A stretch of DNA of 64,000 nt from Candidatus Methanomethylicia archaeon (lineage in GTDB: Archaea; Thermoproteota; Methanomethylicia; CALHIW01): contig JAWBQF010000015.1 of NCBI GenBank assembly GCA_038845975.1, positions 1-64,000 on the forward strand, given 5' to 3'. Position numbers and translations under genes: made by a program. Under the pieces are notes generated by a model, which saw only the letters and a list, made by a program, of their open reading frames with translations, did not search any database and had not been told where the DNA came from. Every line of letters begins with the position of its first letter. Position 1 is the first letter of the stretch. Below, in pieces: positions 1 through 10,277 of this stretch.

Positions 1-178
1 TAACTACATACCTTGTATGAAGGATAGATGTGATGGTGAACATGCATTAATGCTTATAAAATCAATAATATACATACTGAACGAAACATGGATTAACAGG
101 AAAATAAAAGCTAAGGAATTCATAGAAGATACAATACCAAAAATAGAGGTGATAAAACATGCTTAAGTTAACAAAGCC
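1..178 (+). mobile_element. IS6-family element A, copy 1 (3' end only, cut by window edge)
   Basis: Translates NYIPCMKDRCDGEHALMLIKSII...KHA*, ends in TIR aagttaacaaagcc (165-178); aligns with copies at 15292 and 18980. Confidence 0.8.
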
Positions 179-185
179 CTATTAG

Positions 186-245
186 CGTCTTGTGAACTTA
201 ATCTATCAATTATATATACTTCTCATATCTAAAGTTTACAGAACC
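186..245 (-). mobile_element. ~60-bp IS6-type mini-MITE (family C)
   Basis: Ends cgtcttgtgaactta...aaagtttacagaacc (GGTTCTGT-type TIR); flanked by cctattag/actattag (7/8 TSD); core shared with 43235 and 45789. Confidence 0.55.
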
Positions 246-390
246 ACTATTAGATTTACTATTGGCCTCCATATAGCTTATTTATATTATAGATAGGTTA
301 CGGTTTATTATTGTATTAACCCTTCAACAATATACCTATTGTTTAAGAAGTTTTAGGGGATACTCTCATCTGTAAGTTTAAATTTCAATA

Positions 391-1125
391 CTATGCCATA
401 TTTGATTTTAACTCTTCCATGTACCAGACTAGTTCTTTTATCATTACGTTTATACCTCTAATATCTTTAATAACATTTTCGCTTTTTAAGGTTTTTATTA
501 GTTCTTTTAGGATTATGCTTAACTCCTCAATATGTTTTTTCAATTCGTTTAGCTGTTCTATAGAGGTTTTTAGAAGTGTTTGAATTTCATTACAGGTTTT
601 AATAGCATCCATATATAATGGTTTAGCTACTGTACAATTAATATTTAGGTTCTCTTTTAATTCATTAATAGTTTTAGCTATCTTAATGTTTTCCTCAGCT
701 ATTGACTTAATTTCAATACCTAAATTTTTTAGGAATTCCATGATTTGGTTTTCTACTGATGATTTGCTATTGTTTCCCATATTTTCCTTCATGGTAACCA
801 TGAAGATTTCATTTAACTTCATTATGTTTTCACTAATATCCGCTACTTTACTGGATAGCCTAGTAATTTCCCTATTTATCCTGGTTGTTTGTGTATTCAA
901 CTCCTTAGTTACTTTAACCATCTGAATCATTAAGGATTGATGTAGTCTATTAGCTTCCTTTAAGACAACTTTAACAGCAGCATTAACAGTATCACTTATA
1001 ATGTTTCTTACTGTTTCAATGTTTTGTTTCAAGTCATTATCTATGTTTTTGCTAGTATTGTTTTCCTCTGGAATTATAGGAATTGATAGCGTAAGTTCCA
1101 TATTTGGTTTTTCCTGATCCTCCAA
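391..1125 (-). CDS. hypothetical coiled-coil protein
   Basis: 244-aa ORF, I/L/K/E/N heptad-like pattern, TATA-like element upstream; no recognised family. Confidence 0.65.
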   Translation of the reverse strand: MEDQEKPNMELTLSIPIIPEENNTSKNIDNDLKQNIETVRNIISDTVNAAVKVVLKEANRLHQSLMIQMVKVTKELNTQTTRINREITRLSSKVADISENIMKLNEIFMVTMKENMGNNSKSSVENQIMEFLKNLGIEIKSIAEENIKIAKTINELKENLNINCTVAKPLYMDAIKTCNEIQTLLKTSIEQLNELKKHIEELSIILKELIKTLKSENVIKDIRGINVMIKELVWYMEELKSNMA

Positions 1126-1208
1126 GCCCCTTTATAAATAGTGTTTAAGTAAAAGTTTAAATCTATCTATTGTATAAGTTTAAATTCTTAGATTTATAGA
1201 AAAAAAAG

Positions 1209-1652
1209 TTAAGTATCTTGATCTTCCTTACTTTCAAATAGACTACTTTTCTTTACAGCCCCCTCAGACATTATTTCTTTAGCAACATATATAGGGGCCT
1301 GAGCTCTAACAGCTAAGGCTATAGCATCACTTGACCTACATTCAATATCTTTTGCTGTACCTTTAATATCTAATGATACTTTTGCACAGTATCTATCTTC
1401 AACAACATCGTATATTGTGGCTTTGGAAACTTTAACCTCTAAATCCTTAAATATAGTCATCATTAAGTCATGTGTTAACGGAATCTCCGATCCTCCCTCA
1501 ACACCTACCTTAATTGATAATGCTTGTTGATTATCGATAAATATCGGTAAAACTCTCTCTTCACTATCAATAAGTAGAACTGCTGGTGTTACTCCTGAAG
1601 GTGTTCTAAATAGTGCAACGTCAAATACCTCCGTTCTAATAAACTCTTCCAC
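1209..1652 (-). CDS. bifunctional nuclease family protein (DUF151/BFN)
   Basis: RVLPIFI, PLTHDL, RSSDAIALAVR motifs. Confidence 0.9.
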   Translation of the reverse strand: MEEFIRTEVFDVALFRTPSGVTPAVLLIDSEERVLPIFIDNQQALSIKVGVEGGSEIPLTHDLMMTIFKDLEVKVSKATIYDVVEDRYCAKVSLDIKGTAKDIECRSSDAIALAVRAQAPIYVAKEIMSEGAVKKSSLFESKEDQDT

Positions 1653-1707
1653 TAAATCACCAAGAAGACATTGATTTTCCTACTTATAAACCTTCCTATT
1701 GTTTAAT

Positions 1708-2319
1708 GGTTTTTGTGGGTTTAATCATGTTTTATCATTTCTATTTTATATTGCTTCTATGAATTCCTAGCTTTATCTTCTTGTAATCCATGTTCGTTAA
1801 CTATAATATTGATTTCATAACATGAGTACATGTTCACTCTCACATTTATCCTTCATGCCTTATGTAATTATCGAATACTCTATCTGTTCTCGACTATATT
1901 CTCTCATTATACTCTTAACCTCTAAACTACATATTTCATTAAATTTAGTATTTTACATGATGATTTATAGTAGTGAATACAATTATATTGAGTTGTAAAC
2001 AGTTCTAATTCTCTTAATGTTAAAGATATAAACATATTACAAAATCACAATCATATGTATAGAATCCTATCAATAATGTCTTAGCAAAATGCTTATTTTA
2101 CTTCTAGAACCTATAATAATAGTATCATCAATCCTAACCCTTCCTCTAACAAATCTAAATAGGAGTAAGGGTTTAAACCATAATATAGATAAATTCTACA
2201 ATTAAGCTTAGAGTATTTGAAGTATCTAGATGAACGAAGTATATAAGCACCAACTAGAGTAAATAGAGTTCTCTCCTATAAACTAATAATTTTAGACATA
2301 AGCTTGCCATAAATAAGCT
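1708..2319 (-). mobile_element. IS6-family element A, copy 2 (heavily decayed)
   Basis: Colinear similarity to 15292-15987 (catgttttatca, ctatgaattcctagc, ataatagtatcatcaa, gagttctctcc); boundaries approximate. Confidence 0.75.
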
Positions 2320-2327
2320 AAAGTTTA

Positions 2328-2458
2328 TGCTTTGTGGCTTAATTCTGAAATTTGAAAATTCAAGTTTACATAAAGTACGAAAAAGCTTAATAAGCATTCC
2401 TATAACCATAGTATTTAATGATATAGATTACGAGAAATGAATATTAAGCCACAAAGCT
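2328..2458. mobile_element. 131-bp IS6-type MITE (family B)
   Basis: Perfect 15-bp TIR gctttgtggcttaat (2329-2343)/attaagccacaaagc (2443-2457); 8-bp TSD aaagttta (2320-2327, 2459-2466). Confidence 0.85.
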
Positions 2459-2562
2459 AAAGTTTACAAGGTCGCTTAAATTGCCTTGTAGGTAAGTCAT
2501 TAACTACATGGCTTTTCTAAATTCGTAGATTTGTTTTAATCTACATTACTAGTATGAATAAT

Positions 2563-3417
2563 CTATGTAAATATGTATAGTTCCTCATCATATTGTCTAT
2601 CAAGTACTTGACCTGGTGGTAGATGTTTAATTGTTTTCGATTTTAAATATTTTACTAGCATTTCATTGACATCAGTATATTCTAATTCGCTGTAGAGCCA
2701 TTCCAAAGGTATATTTATGAATAGTGGTCTTGCAGGTATTATGTGACGTGTTGATTTATGAGTGAAAACTTTTCCGCTTAATGCTGCTCTTACAACTTCC
2801 TCTTTAAATATTACTGGTATTGCAAGAATAAGTTTAGCTCTTCCTGTTTTAATGGCCTTAATGGAGGCCAACTCAGTATCATAGGTTACTCTGTAGCCTT
2901 TTAGTCTTAATTTAGATTCAACCTCCCCAACTATATCATAAACCTCCCTAATATCATGTTTAGAATCATCAATGATGTAACTCTCCTTCTTTGAGATCAA
3001 TGCTGCAACTATTTTTCTCTCTAATACAAGTTTGTATGCATTTCTACTGTCTTCCCTTCTAACTTTAAGGTTTAAGTCCTTAATGATGTTTAATACTGCT
3101 TTAAGATCTGCTGGTTCCTCTATCATTCTATACCATGCACCTACAGCTATACTTGGATTATTATAGTTAACTAGGCATACTGGAATATATTTACATCCAA
3201 GCCTCCTAATAGCTTCAACTCTATGAGTACCATCAAGAACAACCAAGCTGTTTTCATCAACAATAACTGGATGCTTAACAACACCATCTCTTCTAATTTC
3301 TAAAATAAGTTTGCTAAGAAGTTCAGGTATAATTTCTTCATGAATATGCAGTTTCTCAACTTTTTCAATCTTAATTCTAAGCTTAACTAATGGATGATCT
3401 ATAAGATATCCTGACAA
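2563..3417 (-). CDS. ParB/sulfiredoxin N-terminal domain protein (SbnI/SerK-like fold)
   Basis: LHIHEE, PVIVD...VLDGTHR ParB/Srx motif; C-terminal HKSTRH. Confidence 0.75.
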   Translation of the reverse strand: MSGYLIDHPLVKLRIKIEKVEKLHIHEEIIPELLSKLILEIRRDGVVKHPVIVDENSLVVLDGTHRVEAIRRLGCKYIPVCLVNYNNPSIAVGAWYRMIEEPADLKAVLNIIKDLNLKVRREDSRNAYKLVLERKIVAALISKKESYIIDDSKHDIREVYDIVGEVESKLRLKGYRVTYDTELASIKAIKTGRAKLILAIPVIFKEEVVRAALSGKVFTHKSTRHIIPARPLFINIPLEWLYSELEYTDVNEMLVKYLKSKTIKHLPPGQVLDRQYDEELYIFT

Positions 3418-3928
3418 GTCCGCTCAACAACAATTTTATGTAGTAAAATATAAATTTAATGTAGTAGTGTCTTTGTCTCGTCAATGTTAAAAGTTTACTA
3501 TTTTCATCAATATATTTCCATAATTTCAACATCTAAATTCTCCAAATTTATTATGTTACTTAACGTTAAAAGCAGTAAATCATTTCAAAATACCTAACAT
3601 ACATTTATCCTAAATATTATTCCCATATTTGCTCAACCCTACCAATACACTAAATATAAACATCTAGGTTAGGACATATTATAGATTAAACTCTTAACCA
3701 CTTATACTATATTATTCGGTATAGTATTCAGCTGGATTCCATGTATTTTAATATATGGATTTTCTTAATGTAAGTTTATAGTGTTTCCAATAATCTTGTA
3801 TTTATTGAATTTCAAATATAGTGTTGTTTAAGAGGATTCATTTAGATGAAATATTAATGTAGCCTTAACATTTTAGTCAGTAAATTCTTTATAGCTACGT
3901 TTAAATATTTCTCTCTAGTAAAGCTTGT

Positions 3929-4780
3929 ATGAAATTCAGAATATATTTACTGTTTTTCCTTTTCATAGTTATTACTGTTTTCAGCTTTAATTTTTTAAAT
4001 GCTCAGCTTGAAAGTATACATGTTGATATTAGTGAGTCTGGTCTTGCTGAAGTAACACATATTGTTACTGTTGAAAATATTACAACTCAAATTAAGCTTC
4101 TAGCTAAGCCTATTGATTGGTTAATAATTGTAACTGATGAGGATGGTATTCCTGTAAACTATACTTTAAATGATACGTTAATGATTGCTGAAACATATGG
4201 TGTTGAAAGGCTTAACATAACATATTTAACATATGGTATTGTAGAGATGGTTGAGGGCTTATGGTATGCTAGACTATCATCTACTAGCCGGTGTGAAATC
4301 ATTCTTCCTAGAAGTTCAAACATAGTATATATGAGTATAATACCTGAAGAATTGGAAGCTGTAAATGGAAGAATTAAATTATTAATGCCCCCTGGATCCT
4401 ATGAGGTACAGTATGTAATTCTACCGAGAGTAACAACTTCCCCCACTTCTACTCAACCCTACTCCACATTATATTCTCCCCCTCAAATTACTTTACAGCA
4501 TTTAAGCTTACAGCTTCTACTACTTCTTATAGTTATTATCTTAGTTTTTACTTTTCTACTGTACTTCATGATGAAGGCTAAAAGTAGAGCTAAGCTTTCA
4601 GGTGTTGAGTTACTAATTCTAGATTATTTAAAGCCTAGGGGTGGCGCCTATCAGGATGATATTGTTAAGGATCTAAAACTACCTAAATCCACAGTTTCAA
4701 GAGCATTAAATAATCTAATTAAAAACGGTCTTATTGAAGTGAGGAGAGTAGCTAGAAAAAACTATGTTAAGTTAAAATAG
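3929..4780 (+). CDS. membrane-anchored winged-HTH transcriptional regulator (COG2512-like)
   Basis: Signal peptide, beta-rich external domain, Pro/Thr/Ser linker, TM helix, C-terminal QDDIVKDLKLPKSTVSRALNNL HTH. Confidence 0.8.
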   Translation: MKFRIYLLFFLFIVITVFSFNFLNAQLESIHVDISESGLAEVTHIVTVENITTQIKLLAKPIDWLIIVTDEDGIPVNYTLNDTLMIAETYGVERLNITYLTYGIVEMVEGLWYARLSSTSRCEIILPRSSNIVYMSIIPEELEAVNGRIKLLMPPGSYEVQYVILPRVTTSPTSTQPYSTLYSPPQITLQHLSLQLLLLLIVIILVFTFLLYFMMKAKSRAKLSGVELLILDYLKPRGGAYQDDIVKDLKLPKSTVSRALNNLIKNGLIEVRRVARKNYVKLK

Positions 4781-4959
4781 TAACTACATAGCTTACTTAT
4801 ATTAACTGTATTTATGAAATACTTCTCTGAAAACTCTTAAATGCTGTTAAGACTTAATGTAGGTTATAAGTTAACCATCAATTATGGAGTTTTCAGACAA
4901 ACTCTATTCTCTACTTATTTCTTTCTGTTAACTATTGGTAATGAAATTTGTTAACTTAT

Positions 4960-5508
4960 CTACAATCCGCTGGGGTGGCAGAGTCTAATGTATCCTCTTA
5001 TTAATACTGGTAGGTTAAACTCTTCAGAGAGCTTAAATGCATATAAAACCATATCTTTAGCTTCCTGTGGTGTTGATGGTTCAAGCATAGGAATCTCAGC
5101 ATACCTACCTAGAAGCCTAGTATCCTGCTCATATGGTGAGCTATGTGACTGAGGATCATCAGCTGATACTATAATAAGCCCACCCCTACCACTACCAGAA
5201 AGGGATAGAGCTATAAGGAAGTCTATTACGGTATTTAAGCCATTATGCTTCATAGCTGTTAAAGCTCTCAACCCAGACCATGATGCTGAAGCGGCTACTT
5301 CAAGGGAAACAATTTCATTCACGCTCCACTCTACATGTAGATTAAATCTTTTAGCAGCCATAGCTAGAGTTTCTACAATTTCAGTTGATGGCGTTCCAGG
5401 ATATGCTGAAGCAACATGTAAACCAGCTTCAATAGCTCCCCTTGCAATAGCTTCATTTCCAGTAAGTAAAATCCTTAACCCCGGAGAATCAGTAAAAATA
5501 TCAAGCAT
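4960..5508 (-). pseudogene. iorA: truncated indolepyruvate:ferredoxin oxidoreductase alpha subunit
   Basis: LLTGNEAIARGA, AYPGTPSTEI, MKHNGLN, ADDP motifs; stops after 182 aa (family ~600 aa); no iorB. Confidence 0.85.
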
Positions 5509-6111
5509 AACTAGTTACCCAGTACCAGAAATATAAGTATTCCGATCTATGAATGAATAGGTATCTTAAGAGGATCTATTAGTTTTTATAATCATTCATA
5601 TAATGTCCATAGCATTTCAAGAAGTGATATTAAGCTTCTTACTAATTTAATGTTTCCATTAATGGTAACCACATAGATCTCATAAAGATTGAATAAATTT
5701 AGCAATAAGCTCATTAATATCTAACATTAAGCCTATACTAGACTATTAATCTTATTAATATTCCTATTCAGCTATTGATAGGGATTAGAGAAGTAATACC
5801 GTAAATATGGAGGAGCATTATGGATTACAAAAACTTAAAATATATACTGATGAATTCATTATATACGTAATCAAGAGAGCAGGATTCAACTAATAGTAGC
5901 AACTTAGGGACATACAAGAGGGAAATACATACCATCTATAGAGTGGATTTAGCCTAGAATATCAATAATAGAGAATATTGAAGATACTAAACTATTTAAA
6001 CTACAAGATAGGAAAATAGGCATAAACTAGTACACAATAAAAACTAATCACTAACAAACATTTAAATAAGAACATTTATAAATATTAATGATGAATTTCA
6101 TATGCATAATC

Positions 6112-6399
6112 TTAATTACCCCCAGCTAATGGGGGAAATATAGCTACTACATCTCCATCCTTTATTTCAACCCTTCCTTTAATATCCTTTATATTTCTCC
6201 CATTTATCATTAGGATCAAGTCATCCCTTACATTTTCTCCATCCTTACTTAAAATATCATTAATGAAGCTACTTCCAAGTATCTTAGCAGCATTCTCAAC
6301 AAGACTTTGAATAGTTCCATTACATTTAACATCTACTTCTTTAACTCCATACCTTTCACGTAGTGTAGCAAACAACAATATTTTAACAGATACTTCCAT
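6112..6399 (-). CDS. ubiquitin-like small archaeal modifier / MoaD-family sulfur carrier
   Basis: VKILLFATLRE, INGRNI, DGDVVAIFPPLAGG; one extra Asn after GG. Confidence 0.9.
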   Translation of the reverse strand: MEVSVKILLFATLRERYGVKEVDVKCNGTIQSLVENAAKILGSSFINDILSKDGENVRDDLILMINGRNIKDIKGRVEIKDGDVVAIFPPLAGGN

Positions 6400-6454
6400 A
6401 AGCTTCCAAATATATAGGGAAGACCTAGAAATAAGGTTTACGGTTCATAACAAC

Positions 6455-6677
6455 GTTCGTGAACTTAGCATGTTTGATTACCTCATTCTAGTATTGTTTC
6501 TATGGATTCTCTACTTTTTAATTCATTTTGTTAGCAATACTATTGACTTCATGTGCATGAATGCATGTTCATTATCATACCTATCCTCATATACAACATA
6601 TAATTACTGAATAGCTTTGCTCTACCTCAATATACTGTATGATTCTCTCCATTAATTCCTAACCTTTAAACTGTATT
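6455..6677 (-). mobile_element. IS6-family element A, copy 3 (3' fragment)
   Basis: aacttagcatgttt...tattgacttcat...gcatgttcatt...ctccattaattc matches copy 4. Confidence 0.65.
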
Positions 6678-6777
6678 ATTACAGTTAAGGAATCTATTTT
6701 CTATAGGGCTCCACATTATACTATCTAGATCAGATTCTGACATAATGTTTCATGAGTGTAAAATGAAGACTTCATTC

Positions 6778-7164
6778 TTAAAGTTCATCACTAGTCACTA
6801 CATTTACATATTTCTTACTTATATTATAGAGTTTTTCATCATCTGTTACTAGTATAAGGTTATTATCAATGGCTGCTTGAAGATATGCTGCATCATAATA
6901 TGTGATTTTATTCTTTACTACATGATTTAATATCTCTATAGTGTTTTCTTTGTTTATCTTCCTCATCTTATTGAAAATCTCTATTAATGTATTTAGTACT
7001 AGTTTAGCTTTTTCAAGATCTAATGTTCTATATAAATAAACTTGTTTCCATACAGCATTTCCCAATTCGTAAAATGCTAGGTTTAAAGTCCATCCTTCAA
7101 GTAGTTGATCCAGCCTTTTTCTACCGCAAATATTTATTATAGCTGAAGAATCAAAAAGCTTCAT
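6778..7164 (-). CDS. vapC: VapC PIN-domain toxin
   Basis: LFDSSAII, YELGNAVWK, ITYYDAAY, LVTDDEKL acidic PIN residues. Confidence 0.9.
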   Translation of the reverse strand: MKLFDSSAIINICGRKRLDQLLEGWTLNLAFYELGNAVWKQVYLYRTLDLEKAKLVLNTLIEIFNKMRKINKENTIEILNHVVKNKITYYDAAYLQAAIDNNLILVTDDEKLYNISKKYVNVVTSDEL

Positions 7165-7397
7165 TTCTCATCCCTACTCTCTCTTATAGCTCTTACCCAT
7201 TTCTCCCTTCCAACTTCTAAAATTATCTTACTTACTTCTTCAACACTTTTATAAAGCTTCTCCATCATCTTCTTCTCAACCTCCTTCTCAAGTGCTTCCT
7301 TTATAACTTTAGATGGCTTTATACCTAACTCTTTAAGCTTCATCCTTAACTCTTCATCAATTTTAGCAGAGACAGTTACATACTTCAAATACATCAC
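7161..7397 (-). CDS. vapB: VapB antitoxin (RHH/CopG-like)
   Basis: TVSAKIDEEL...VIKEALEKEV; IRESRDE end; 4-nt overlap with vapC. Confidence 0.85.
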   Translation of the reverse strand: MMYLKYVTVSAKIDEELRMKLKELGIKPSKVIKEALEKEVEKKMMEKLYKSVEEVSKIILEVGREKWVRAIRESRDEK

Positions 7398-7488
7398 TAA
7401 AATATACTACCAATTTGTAGTATAAAAATATTCCTATAAATTAAGATGTAACTTAATAAGTTATATAAATCCTGTATTTAACACTAGA

Positions 7489-8082
7489 GGTTTAGTAGGG
7501 ACTTGAAATTTTTGAAGGGTAAGATTCTATTTAAGGCTAGAATACCGGTACAACATTTCATATCCAGCTTGAGGAGAACTTTAGAGTATTATCTTAAGTT
7601 TAAAGGTATCTAGATAACCGTTAATAGATGAATGATAAACTTAAGAGGATAATATAAATCCATCAAGATTCTAGGGGCCAGCTTTAGATGACGGATTAGA
7701 GTTAATAGTAGCAGTATTGGTTTACAAAGTTTAGATATTGATTAATAGGATTAGATAAGAGCTACAGGAACATCATGAGATCCAGCAATTCATTAATGAG
7801 ATATTGTGATGGAAACCAAATCTTCGTCGACAAACATCATGGCTCTATATTGAAGTAGTTAAATTGTCTTGCCAGAACCTTCCAGCAAGAAGTATAGTAG
7901 AGTCGATATATTTATTGTTTAGTGAAAAGCTAGAATATTTCCAGCTTAATAATTTTAAACCAAATAAATCACCTAATAGGAAGGTTAGTGTTGCTACCCA
8001 CCAAAGCTATTCATACCATTTACAAATACTTAGAGTTAAACTTAAGTCGTCACACTTAGCTAATACACATTATAAGCTTTAG
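7489..8082 (+). mobile_element. decayed IS6-like transposase remnant (distinct element)
   Basis: Frameshifted pieces ALD..IRVN..QYW..LDID, CDG..IFVDK, ARSIVESI resemble IS6 DDE segments; boundaries uncertain. Confidence 0.5.
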
Positions 8083-8369
8083 ATTTATTTGAGAACTAGC
8101 TATTATTTTGGTGGATTTATGGTTAAGATTATTAAATGCTATTAACTTATGGTTAAGACTAAATGTTGTTTATAGGTTTAAACCAAACTTCTAGTTATTA
8201 CTGTTGTTTCTAGTTCTTCTAGCTTTATCCATTTACTATGTATTAGGTTAACTGTTAATATGAAGTTTAAAGTTGACATTATGGAGTATTGAGAATTTAT
8301 TTTGGGGCGTCAAGCTTAGAAAGTCAAGATTTATTAAGGAGTAATGTAGTAAATATATTGCTAGGATAG

Positions 8370-10226
8370 GTGGTTAAAATTCCAAATGGATATATGGGTA
8401 GGATTTTAAAGGTGGATTTAACTGCTAGAAACTTAAAGATTGAACCTATATCTGAGGAGATAACTAGAAAATATCTTGGCGGTAAGGGCTACTCAGTGTT
8501 TCTACTCTATAAATACTTAAAGGAGTATGAAGCTAAGGGCATATCCCCAAGAGATATTGATGCTTTCAGCTCCAAAAACGTTTTAATATTTTCAACAGGT
8601 CCAGGAACAGGTATACCTGGCTTCCCCTCCCCAAGTAGATATCATGTTATGGCTCTTAAATCCCCACTTACAGGCTCTATTGGAAGTGCTAATTCAGGTG
8701 GGGAATGGGGTGCATTCCTAAAATTTGCAGGTTTCGACGCTGTAGTTATAGAGGGGGTCTCTGATACTCCTGTATATTTAGCTATTACGAATGGAATGGC
8801 TGAAGTAAGAGATGCAAGTGACATCTGGGGGAGAAACGTATTTGAGACATGTAAAATTCTAAAAAGAGCTGTAGGAGGTAGAAATACAAGCGTTGCATGT
8901 ATAGGTCCAGCTGGAGAGAATTTAGTATATATGGCTTGTATAATGAATGATGAGCATAGGGCGGCTGGAAGAACAGGTTTAGGAGCCGTTATGGGTTCAA
9001 AGAAGCTTAAAGCTATTGTTGTTTCAGGAGATGAAAAAGTTCCAATAGCTAATCCTGAAAGGTTTAGAGAGGTCTCAATGAGGTGTATAGAGGCTATGAG
9101 GAAGAATCCTGTTACTGGACAGGGATTACCGACTTACGGTACATCAATCCTCATAAACATAATCAATACTGCTGGAGGACTCCCATATAAGAATTGGCAG
9201 ACAGGAGTAAATCCTGAAGCTGATAGAATAAGTGGGGAAACACTAGCTAAAACCTATTTAACCGATAGAAGAGCTTGTTGGGGATGTATTATAGGATGTG
9301 GAAGAGTTACAAGTGTAAAGTCAGGTCCATTCCAGATTCTCAGCTCTGAAGGACCTGAATACGAATCTGTATGGGCTCTTGGAAACGCTACAGGAGTTAA
9401 GGATCTTGATGCTGTCGTTAAGGCTAACCACTACTGCGATGAGCTTGGAATGGATCCTATAAGTCTAGGCTCAACAATAGCTGCAGCTATGGAGCTTAAT
9501 GAGAAGGGATACATTCCAGAAGAGGATCTTCAAGGATTAGACCTCCGCTTCGGGAATTCAGTAGCATTAGTTGATGCTGTATGGCGTACAGCTTACAAGA
9601 TAGGGTTCGGTAAGTATCTTGCATTAGGCTCCAGGAGACTGTGTGAAATCTATGGTCATCCAGAGTTCTCAATGAGTGTTAAGGGATTAGAAATGCCTGC
9701 CTATGATCCTAGAGCAATTAAGGGTATAGGATTAAACTACGCAACAGCAAATAGAGGAGGATGCCACGTAACAGGATATACTGTCTCCCCTGAAATTATA
9801 GGAATACCTAAAAAGATAGATCCACTAACCCCTGAGGGAAAGGCTGAATGGGTTAAGATCTTCCAAGACTTTACATGTGTAGTTAACTCAACTGTAAACT
9901 GTCTCTTTGTAACTTTTGCTTTAGGAGCAAAAGACTATGCTGACCTCCTCTCAGCAGTTACTGGATGGGATTTAACTGAAGAAGAAATCATGAAGATTGG
10001 AGAGAGAATATACAATCTTGAGAGAGTGATTATTAACAAGCTTGGATTTAATGGAAAAGATGATACATTACCTCCACGCCTACTTAAAGAGCCTATGCCT
10101 GAAGGCCCAGCTAAGGGACATGTAGTTGAGCTTGAAAGAATGAAGGAGGAATACTATAGATTACGTGGATGGATTAATGGAGTACCAACAACTGAGAAGC
10201 TTAAAGAACTTGAAATAGAACTCTAA
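8370..10226 (+). CDS. aor: tungsten-containing aldehyde:ferredoxin oxidoreductase
   Basis: KSPLTG, AAGRTGLGAVMGSKKLKA, CWGCIIGC, GPEYE, CDELGMDPIS. Confidence 0.95.
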   Translation: MVKIPNGYMGRILKVDLTARNLKIEPISEEITRKYLGGKGYSVFLLYKYLKEYEAKGISPRDIDAFSSKNVLIFSTGPGTGIPGFPSPSRYHVMALKSPLTGSIGSANSGGEWGAFLKFAGFDAVVIEGVSDTPVYLAITNGMAEVRDASDIWGRNVFETCKILKRAVGGRNTSVACIGPAGENLVYMACIMNDEHRAAGRTGLGAVMGSKKLKAIVVSGDEKVPIANPERFREVSMRCIEAMRKNPVTGQGLPTYGTSILINIINTAGGLPYKNWQTGVNPEADRISGETLAKTYLTDRRACWGCIIGCGRVTSVKSGPFQILSSEGPEYESVWALGNATGVKDLDAVVKANHYCDELGMDPISLGSTIAAAMELNEKGYIPEEDLQGLDLRFGNSVALVDAVWRTAYKIGFGKYLALGSRRLCEIYGHPEFSMSVKGLEMPAYDPRAIKGIGLNYATANRGGCHVTGYTVSPEIIGIPKKIDPLTPEGKAEWVKIFQDFTCVVNSTVNCLFVTFALGAKDYADLLSAVTGWDLTEEEIMKIGERIYNLERVIINKLGFNGKDDTLPPRLLKEPMPEGPAKGHVVELERMKEEYYRLRGWINGVPTTEKLKELEIEL

Positions 10227-10277
10227 CAATACTTTATTTTTATGTTTCTATAGTAATGTAGAACCATTCTCTAAACG

